A stretch of 64,000 bases of DNA, from the NCBI GenBank assembly GCA_043716765.1, contig JAYSYA010000274.1, forward strand, positions 3,082 to 67,081, written 5' to 3'. Positions 57,177 through 64,000 of this stretch are shown here, piece after piece. The position numbers and the translations under genes are program-made. Source of the stretch: Akkermansiaceae bacterium (GTDB taxonomy: Bacteria; Verrucomicrobiota; Verrucomicrobiia; Verrucomicrobiales; Akkermansiaceae). Position 1 is the first letter of the stretch; each line of letters starts with the position of its first letter. Below the pieces are notes generated by a model, which had not been told where the DNA came from, made no database searches, and saw only the letters and a list, made by a program, of their open reading frames with translations.

Positions 57177-58349
57177 TTGGAAGCTGACAAATCCACCGAC
57201 TTCCTAATCATCGGTGCCGGCTTTTCCGGACTTGTGATCGCTGAGCGCCTGTCCGCGGCCGGCTGGAAATGCGTCATCGTGGACCGCCGCGAGCACCTCG
57301 GCGGCAACGCCCGTGACGGCATCAACGCCGCCGGCGTCCTCACCCATCATTACGGCCCGCACTACTTCCGCTCCAACTCACCGCGAATCGTCGATTATCT
57401 ATCCAGTTTCACCGCGTGGCACAAGGTCAGCTACACCATCAAAAGCCACGCCCGCGGCCGCTACTGGAGTTTCCCGATCAATCTCAACACCTTCGAGGAA
57501 TACCTCGGCCAGCCTTCAACCACGGAAGAATTCACCGCCTGGCTGGAGCAAAAAAGAATCCACGTCACAGACCCGCAAAACTCCGAGGAAGTCATCATTT
57601 CCCAAGTCGGCCGCGAACTCTACGAACTGTTTTTCGAAGGCTACACGCTCAAACAATGGAAGCGCCACCCGCGCGAACTCGACGCCTCGGTCTGCGGCCG
57701 CATCCCCGTCCGCACGAACCGCGACGACCGCTATCTATCCGAATCCTTCCAGGCTCTGCCCAAACACGGCTACACCGCGCTTTTTGAAACGATGCTCAAC
57801 GCCTCTCCCGGCGTCGAACTCCACCTCGGCGTGGATTACGAAGAAGCCCGCGCTCGCTGGAACTACAAGCACCTCGTCTTCACCGGTGCCATCGATGAAT
57901 TCTACGGCCGCCGCTTCGGCGCACTGCCCTACCGCTCACTCCGCTTCGAGCACGAATCGTTCTCCGCCGAACAACTGCGCGCCCGCGAGCCCGTTTCAGG
58001 CAAACCCGGCTTCTGGCAGCCTGCAATGCAGGTCAACTATCCGGAACCCGACGTGCCATTCACTCGCATCGTCGAGATCAAGCACGCCACTGGCCAACAG
58101 ATCGACGCCACCACCACCGTCCGCGAGTTTCCCAAAGACTGGACACCTGACGACGAGCCGTTCTATCCGGTCCCCGCGCCGGAGGCCCGCGCCGCGTTCC
58201 TCCGCTACTCCGAGCTCGCCACCGCCGAGCCGCACACCAGCTTCATCGGCCGCCTCGCCACCTACCGTTATTATAACATGGACCAGGTCACCGCCATGGC
58301 CATCGCCGAGGCGGACAAACTCATTTCCACATACGGATCCAATCTATGA
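57177..58349 (+). CDS. glf: UDP-galactopyranose mutase
   Basis: [44 protein letters not shown] start. Confidence 0.93.
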   Translation: MEADKSTDFLIIGAGFSGLVIAERLSAAGWKCVIVDRREHLGGNARDGINAAGVLTHHYGPHYFRSNSPRIVDYLSSFTAWHKVSYTIKSHARGRYWSFPINLNTFEEYLGQPSTTEEFTAWLEQKRIHVTDPQNSEEVIISQVGRELYELFFEGYTLKQWKRHPRELDASVCGRIPVRTNRDDRYLSESFQALPKHGYTALFETMLNASPGVELHLGVDYEEARARWNYKHLVFTGAIDEFYGRRFGALPYRSLRFEHESFSAEQLRAREPVSGKPGFWQPAMQVNYPEPDVPFTRIVEIKHATGQQIDATTTVREFPKDWTPDDEPFYPVPAPEARAAFLRYSELATAEPHTSFIGRLATYRYYNMDQVTAMAIAEADKLISTYGSNL

Positions 58350-59284
58350 CCAAACTATTCATCGCGGGACACCGCGGCATGGTCGGTTCGGCGCTCGTGA
58401 GCCAAGCCGAAAAACTCGGCGGCTATCAGCTCCTCTCCGCCACCCGCGACCAGCTCGATCTCTGCGACCAACACGCCGTCTTTGATTTCCTCGCCGCAGA
58501 AAAACCGGACGTCGTCATCATCGCCGCCGCCAAAGTCGGTGGCATTCACGCGAATTCCACCTACCCGGCGGACTTCATTTACGAAAATCTCAACATCGCC
58601 TCAAACCTCGTCGAAGGCAGCCGCCGCGCCGGAGTGCCGCGCGCGTTGTTCCTTGGTTCGTCCTGCATCTATCCAAAAATGGCACCTCAACCGATGCCGG
58701 AAGACTGCCTGCTCACCGGGCCGCTGGAAATCACTAACGAAGCTTACGCCATCGCCAAAATCGCCGGACTCAAGCTTTGCCAGCACTACCGCGCCCAGCA
58801 CGGACTGCTGTATCACAGCGCCATGCCCACCAACCTCTACGGCCCCGGCGACAACTACCACCCGGAGAACTCCCACGTCATCCCCGCCCTGATCCGCCGC
58901 TTCCACGAAGCCAAGGAACGAGGCGACGCCGCCGTCACGATCTGGGGCACCGGCACCCCGCGCCGCGAGTTCCTCCACGTCCACGACCTCGCCGCCGCCT
59001 GCTTCCACCTCTTGGCGTTAGAATCGCCGCCGGACTGGGTGAACGTCGGCGTCGGTGATGACGTCACGATTCTCGAACTCGCCACGCTTGTCGCCAAAAC
59101 CACCGGCTTCACCGGCGAGATCCTAACCGACGCCACCAAGCCCGACGGCACCCCGCGCAAGCTGCTGGATATTTCAAAGATCAAGGACACTGGCTGGCAG
59201 CCCCAAGTCCCCTTCGCAGATGGGCTCGCCGCGGCCTATCAGGATTTCCTCTCCACCCTTGCAACCGGTGAGGCTCGTCTCTAA
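58346..59284 (+). CDS. fcl: GDP-L-fucose synthase
   Basis: [53 protein letters not shown]. Confidence 0.95.
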   Translation: MTKLFIAGHRGMVGSALVSQAEKLGGYQLLSATRDQLDLCDQHAVFDFLAAEKPDVVIIAAAKVGGIHANSTYPADFIYENLNIASNLVEGSRRAGVPRALFLGSSCIYPKMAPQPMPEDCLLTGPLEITNEAYAIAKIAGLKLCQHYRAQHGLLYHSAMPTNLYGPGDNYHPENSHVIPALIRRFHEAKERGDAAVTIWGTGTPRREFLHVHDLAAACFHLLALESPPDWVNVGVGDDVTILELATLVAKTTGFTGEILTDATKPDGTPRKLLDISKIKDTGWQPQVPFADGLAAAYQDFLSTLATGEARL

Positions 59285-59302
59285 AAAAATCACCTTCAAC
59301 AC

Positions 59303-60418
59303 ATGAAAAAAGCACTCATCACCGGCATCACCGGGCAAGACGGTTCCTACCTCGCTGAATTCCTGCTCGAAAAAGGCTATGAAGTCCACGGCATCAAGCG
59401 CCGCGCCTCGCTCTTCAACACTCAGCGGATCGACCACATTTATGAGGACCCACACGTCGAGAATTCCCGCTTCCGCTTGCACTACGGCGACCTCGCTGAC
59501 AGCTCGAACCTCACCCGCATCATCAGCGAGGTCCAACCGGACGAAGTTTACAACCTCGGCGCGCAATCCCACGTGGCCGTCTCTTTCGAAGCTCCCGAAT
59601 ACACTGCGGACGTCGATGCCATCGGCACGCTGCGGCTGTTGGAAGCGATCCGTTTCCTCGGACTCGAAAGGAAAACCCGGTTCTATCAGGCGTCCACCTC
59701 CGAGCTCTACGGCTTGGTCCAGGAAATTCCGCAGAAGGAAACCACTCCTTTCCACCCGCGTTCTCCATACGCCGTCGCCAAGATGTATGCCTACTGGATC
59801 ACGGTGAATTACCGCGAAGCCTACGGCATGTATGCGTGCAACGGCATCCTCTTCAACCACGAATCCCCGCGCCGCGGCGAGACCTTCGTCACCCGCAAGA
59901 TCACCCGCGCCATTGCTAACATCGCCCAAGGCCTCGAAGCCTGCCTGTTCCTCGGCAACATCGATTCCCTCCGCGACTGGGGCCACGCCAAGGACTACGT
60001 CCGCATGCAATGGATGATGCTCCAACAGGAAACCGCCGACGATTTCGTCATCGCCACCGGCAAACAGATTTCCGTCCGCGAGTTCGTCCGCATGGCCGCT
60101 CGCGAGGCCGGCATCCACCTGGCATTCTCCGGCGAGGGCGAAAAGGAAATCGCCACCGTCACCGCCGTCGATCCCCACCTCGCCCCGGCGGTGTCCGTGG
60201 GGGCCGTCGTCGTCAAGGTCGATCCCCGCTACTACCGCCCCGCCGAAGTGGAAACCCTGCTAGGCGACCCGACCAAGGCGAAGGATAAACTTGGCTGGGT
60301 TCCGGAAATCACCGTCGAGCAAATGTGCGCCGAGATGGTCGCCCACGACCTCGACATCGCCCGCCGCCACTCGCTGCTTAAATCCCACGGCCATCACGTT
60401 TCCGTCTCCAAAGAGTAG
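59303..60418 (+). CDS. gmd: GDP-mannose 4,6-dehydratase
   Basis: [40 protein letters not shown]. Confidence 0.97.
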   Translation: MKKALITGITGQDGSYLAEFLLEKGYEVHGIKRRASLFNTQRIDHIYEDPHVENSRFRLHYGDLADSSNLTRIISEVQPDEVYNLGAQSHVAVSFEAPEYTADVDAIGTLRLLEAIRFLGLERKTRFYQASTSELYGLVQEIPQKETTPFHPRSPYAVAKMYAYWITVNYREAYGMYACNGILFNHESPRRGETFVTRKITRAIANIAQGLEACLFLGNIDSLRDWGHAKDYVRMQWMMLQQETADDFVIATGKQISVREFVRMAAREAGIHLAFSGEGEKEIATVTAVDPHLAPAVSVGAVVVKVDPRYYRPAEVETLLGDPTKAKDKLGWVPEITVEQMCAEMVAHDLDIARRHSLLKSHGHHVSVSKE

Positions 60419-60477
60419 CCGAAAAGCGAAAGGCAAGATTGCATCCGGTCGAACACTTGCACTCAACTCCATCCATC

Positions 60478-61560
60478 ATGCAAAAAGTCTTTGTCTCAGG
60501 CTGTTATGACATCCTCCACGCCGGCCACCTCCAGTTCTTCGAGGAGGCCCGCGCGCTGGGAGACTATCTGATCGTGTCATTCGCTTCCGCCGAGGTGCTT
60601 TGGCATCACAAGCGGCGCAAGCCATCCATTCCGGACGACCACAAGCGCGCTTTGCTCCAAGGCTTGCGGATGATCGACGAAGTCATCGTCACCCAAGGCC
60701 ACAAAGAGGGACTCGACTTTGAGCAAGACTTCCTCCGCATCCGCCCCGACTTTCTCATCGTCACCGAGGACGACAAATACGGCGACGTGAAGCGCGAACT
60801 CTGCGCCGCGGTCGGCGCGGAATACACTGTTCTCGCCAAAACCCCGCCGCGCTTCGAACCGGTCTCTACCAGCTCGATCGTCCGCTGGGTCCAAGCACCT
60901 ACCGAAGCGCCCTTGCGGATCGATTTCGCCGGGGGCTGGCTCGACGTCCCGCGCTTCTCCCGCCCCGGTGAGTTCGTGGTAAATTGCGCGATTTCCCCGC
61001 TCGTCTCCCTCCGCGAGTGGCCCTACGAAAAGCAAGCCGGCCTCGGCGGCAGTGGCGCGTGGGCCCTGCTCAATGGCCGCGACGGCGTGGACTCGGAAAT
61101 CGACCTCGGCGTCGGTTGGCAAGACCCCGCCGTGATTCGCGAGACAGGGCTTTGCGTCTGGCGCTCCGGGAAAAAACCGGCGCTCGATTTCAAACAGAAC
61201 GGCGATTTTCTAACCGGCCGCATGGCGGTTTACTGGACTGGCAGCCCGCACGACACACCCGGCGTCGCCAATCATCCGCGCGACTATGATGGCATCGCCC
61301 GCAGCGCCCGGGTCGCCCGCGAAGGCGCGCTCCAAGCCGATATCCGCTGCCTGGCTGACGGCGTCCATCTCTATCACATGACCCAGCTCGCGGAAGGCAT
61401 GGACCCCCTGCCGGAAATCCCCGGTGCCATCGCCCGCAAATACTGCGGCGGCGGTCACGGCGGCTACGCGCTCTATCTGTTTGACGAGCCCGCCCTCCGC
61501 GACACCGCCATCGCCACCACTCCGGAGCTTCGCGCTGTCGAACCGTTCTGCCGCGTCTGA
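60478..61560 (+). CDS. Fusion of a HIGH-type nucleotidyltransferase and a GHMP-like sugar kinase
   Basis: GCYDILHAGH (HxGH) N-domain; PLRIDFAGGWLD, GLGGSGA, GWQD, KYCGGGHGG in the C-domain. Confidence 0.75.
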   Translation: MQKVFVSGCYDILHAGHLQFFEEARALGDYLIVSFASAEVLWHHKRRKPSIPDDHKRALLQGLRMIDEVIVTQGHKEGLDFEQDFLRIRPDFLIVTEDDKYGDVKRELCAAVGAEYTVLAKTPPRFEPVSTSSIVRWVQAPTEAPLRIDFAGGWLDVPRFSRPGEFVVNCAISPLVSLREWPYEKQAGLGGSGAWALLNGRDGVDSEIDLGVGWQDPAVIRETGLCVWRSGKKPALDFKQNGDFLTGRMAVYWTGSPHDTPGVANHPRDYDGIARSARVAREGALQADIRCLADGVHLYHMTQLAEGMDPLPEIPGAIARKYCGGGHGGYALYLFDEPALRDTAIATTPELRAVEPFCRV

Positions 61561-61582
61561 AGAAATCAGTTAGCCTGTTAAT

Positions 61583-62347
61583 TTGAAGACCGTCTGCATC
61601 ATCGGCCTGCCCGTCGCGGCGACCACTTACGCCGGAGCCGTGGAATGGATCCTGGAGCACGCCCGGAGAAACGACCGCGCCTACGCCGTGGAGGCCGCCA
61701 ACACCCACGTCGCCGCCTTGGCCCGCAGCGATGAGGACTTCGGCGAGTCCATGCGGCGCTTCGACTTGATCTGCCCCGACGGCATGCCGCTCGTCTGGGC
61801 GCTCAACTCCCGGCTCGCCGCGGACGAAAAACTTCGCGCCCGGGTTTACGGGCCGACCCTGATGTTGGAAACGCTCAAGGCGACTAACGGACTCTCGGAA
61901 TTCAAACATTTCCTGCTTGGCGGCATGCAAAGCACGCTGGACGAGTTGACGCGCAACTTCGCCACCCGCTTCCCTAACGTCGCCATCGCCGCCTCCCACT
62001 CGCCACCGTTCGGAGAGTGGCCGGAAAGCGAATTCGAGCTCATCGCGGAGAAAATCCGGAGCTCGGGAGCCAACCTCGTGTGGGTCGGCCTCGGCTGCCC
62101 GAAGCAGGAGCATTGGATCGCCCACAACAGGCACCGCCTGCCGCCGGGCGTCTATTTCGGCATCGGCGCGGCCTTCGCCTTCCACGCGGGCGAAGTCAGA
62201 CAATCGCCGCCCGTCCTCCAGCGCCTCGGCTTGGAATGGGCCTATCGCGTGGCGATGGAGCCCCGCCGACTCTTCAAACGTTACTTTGTTTACAACTCCC
62301 TTTTTATCTACCACCTCCTGCGCGAGCGCATTTTCCCGAACCACTGA
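61583..62347 (+). CDS. WecB/TagA/CpsF family glycosyltransferase
   Basis: [36 protein letters not shown]...EPRRLFKRY. Confidence 0.93.
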   Translation: MKTVCIIGLPVAATTYAGAVEWILEHARRNDRAYAVEAANTHVAALARSDEDFGESMRRFDLICPDGMPLVWALNSRLAADEKLRARVYGPTLMLETLKATNGLSEFKHFLLGGMQSTLDELTRNFATRFPNVAIAASHSPPFGEWPESEFELIAEKIRSSGANLVWVGLGCPKQEHWIAHNRHRLPPGVYFGIGAAFAFHAGEVRQSPPVLQRLGLEWAYRVAMEPRRLFKRYFVYNSLFIYHLLRERIFPNH

Positions 62348-62364
62348 AAAACCCTAACTTTCTT

Positions 62365-63753
62365 ATGCCTATCAAATCCATCTGCTGCCTCGGTGCCGGT
62401 TACGTCGGCGGCCCCACCATGGCCATGATCGCCGCCAAGTGCCCTCACATCAAGGTGACCGTCGCGGACATGAATGAACAGCGCATCGCCGCTTGGAACT
62501 CGGACACCCTGCCCGTTTACGAGCCCGGTCTCGACGCCATCGTCGCCTCCGCCCTCCACCGGAACCTCCATTTCACCACCGACATCCGCTCCGCCATCGC
62601 CGGCGCGGATCTGATCTTCGTTTCGGTCGGCACGCCCACCAAGTCCTACGGCATCGGTGCCGGTCGCGCTGCGGACCTCCGGTATATCGAGTCCGCCGCC
62701 CGCCTGATCGCGGAAGTTTCAGAGGGCCATAAAATCATTGTCGAAAAAAGCACGATCCCGGTCAAAACCGCCACCGCGATCAAGTCGATCCTCGCCGCGA
62801 ACTCTCCTAACGGCGCAACCTTCCAAGTCCTATCCAACCCCGAGTTCCTCGCAGAAGGCACCGCCATCGAAGACCTCCAATGCCCGGACCGGATTCTAAT
62901 TGGTGGTGAAATCACCCCTGAAGGCAACGCCGCCGTCGAAGCCCTTGTGTCGATCTATGCCCATTGGATCCCCCGCGAGCGCATCCTCACCACCAACCTC
63001 TGGTCGGCGGAACTTTCCAAGCTCGTCGCCAACGCTTTCCTCGCCCAACGGATTTCCTCCATCAACTCCATCTCCGCTCTCTGCGAGGCCACCGGTGCCG
63101 ATGTCAACGAGGTCGCCCGCGCCATCGGCATGGACTCACGGATCGGCCCAAAATTCCTCAAAGCCTCCGTCGGCTTCGGCGGGTCCTGCTTCCAAAAAGA
63201 CCTCCTCAACCTCGTCTATCTCTGCGAGTCCTTCAACCTCCCGGAGGTCGCGGAATACTGGCGTCAAGTCGTGCAGCTCAACAACTGGCAGAAGTCGCGC
63301 TTCGTCGAGAAAATCGTCCGCACCCTGTATAACACCGTCAACGGCAAGCGGATCGCCATCCTCGGCTTCGCTTTCAAAAAGGACACCAACGACACCCGCG
63401 AATCCCCCGCCATCCAGGTCTGCCGCGACCTTCTCCACGAACGCGCCCACCTCGCCATTTACGACCCGCGAGTCAGCGCGGAAAATATCCATCAGGATCT
63501 AATCGCCGCCGGTGTGCCAGCGGAGCTCATCGCCACCAACGTGGAGATTTGCAGCGACCCCTACACTGCGGCCGCCGGGGCGCACGCCCTCGCCACCCTC
63601 ACCGAATGGGACGAATTCCGCACCCTCGACCTGCCGCGCGTTTATGACCTCATGCTCAAGCCCGCCTTCGTTTTCGACGGCCGCGCCGTCCTTTCCCTGG
63701 AAGCGCTCGTCGCCCACGGCTTCGAGGCCTTTGTCATCGGCAAAGGGCTGTGA
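62365..63753 (+). CDS. ugd: UDP-glucose 6-dehydrogenase
   Basis: [55 protein letters not shown] at 62365. Confidence 0.95.
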   Translation: MPIKSICCLGAGYVGGPTMAMIAAKCPHIKVTVADMNEQRIAAWNSDTLPVYEPGLDAIVASALHRNLHFTTDIRSAIAGADLIFVSVGTPTKSYGIGAGRAADLRYIESAARLIAEVSEGHKIIVEKSTIPVKTATAIKSILAANSPNGATFQVLSNPEFLAEGTAIEDLQCPDRILIGGEITPEGNAAVEALVSIYAHWIPRERILTTNLWSAELSKLVANAFLAQRISSINSISALCEATGADVNEVARAIGMDSRIGPKFLKASVGFGGSCFQKDLLNLVYLCESFNLPEVAEYWRQVVQLNNWQKSRFVEKIVRTLYNTVNGKRIAILGFAFKKDTNDTRESPAIQVCRDLLHERAHLAIYDPRVSAENIHQDLIAAGVPAELIATNVEICSDPYTAAAGAHALATLTEWDEFRTLDLPRVYDLMLKPAFVFDGRAVLSLEALVAHGFEAFVIGKGL

Positions 63754-63863
63754 GATAAAACCCCGAGTCCGCTGAAATTAACGCTGCGCTGCGAGATTTT
63801 TGAGATTTTCCGTCGCTCCTCGTTGATCTTCGTTTCAGATCTCTCCCTTTCAGCATTCACCCC

Positions 63864-64000
63864 ATGAACATCCACCCCGAGTTCCACCGCTTTTTGCAGC
63901 GCCACGACAAGGAAAGCCTTCTCGGCCAACGCGGCCTCGTCGTCTGGCTTTGCGGGTTGTCCGGCTCGGGGAAATCCACCATCGCCAACGCCGCCGAGCG
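63864..64000 (+). CDS. cysC: Adenylyl-sulfate kinase, partial (runs off the window)
   Basis: MNIHPEFHRFLQRHDKESLLGQRGLVVWLCGLSGSGKSTIANAAER; typical CysC P-loop context. Confidence 0.82.
   Translation, partial: MNIHPEFHRFLQRHDKESLLGQRGLVVWLCGLSGSGKSTIANAAE

Overview
High-GC bacterial chromosome segment. Gene content (Tat-exported Gfo/Idh/MocA protein, DUF1080 fusion, FecR-type anti-sigma remnant, GTP-type PEPCK, GbsR plus NusG-paralog module before a polysaccharide cluster) suggests a verrucomicrobium; this is an inference. The housekeeping backbone includes ispD, rarA, lpdA, addA, pckG, two PBPs, maf, ptsH, rpsR, rpmG, dksA-like, scpB, pheA, gltA, asd and ispA. It is interrupted by four accessory zones. 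(1) About 8.4-22.4 kb: a decaying defence island with a 2033-aa DUF4011-helicase-nuclease, Fic, a TPR protein, an AAA_14/DUF4143 ATPase and vapBC, set among deletion scars of two type I R-M systems, an ECF sigma/anti-sigma pair, uvrA and an FAD oxidase. (2) 28.9-31.8 kb: a cassette bracketed by a 76-bp palindromic direct repeat, carrying an intact ClpP-fold (SDH) protease plus a 76-aa ORF and a collapsed type III R-M. (3) 40.4-41.6 kb: a REP doublet, a RAYT transposase remnant and other fragments. (4) 47.0-50.5 kb: an AT-rich leader, a small secreted repeat protein and an O-antigen-ligase-like gene. Three times, intact passenger genes sit between duplicated host sequences (uvrA 3' end, hsdR 3' end, REP hairpin) with no integrase in the window. 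The window ends in an exopolysaccharide/nucleotide-sugar cluster preceded by an RfaH-like gene and a perfect ops element (GGCGGTAGCGTG). No rRNA, tRNA or CRISPR array was recognised. All family assignments come from motifs recognised by eye; no database searches were run.
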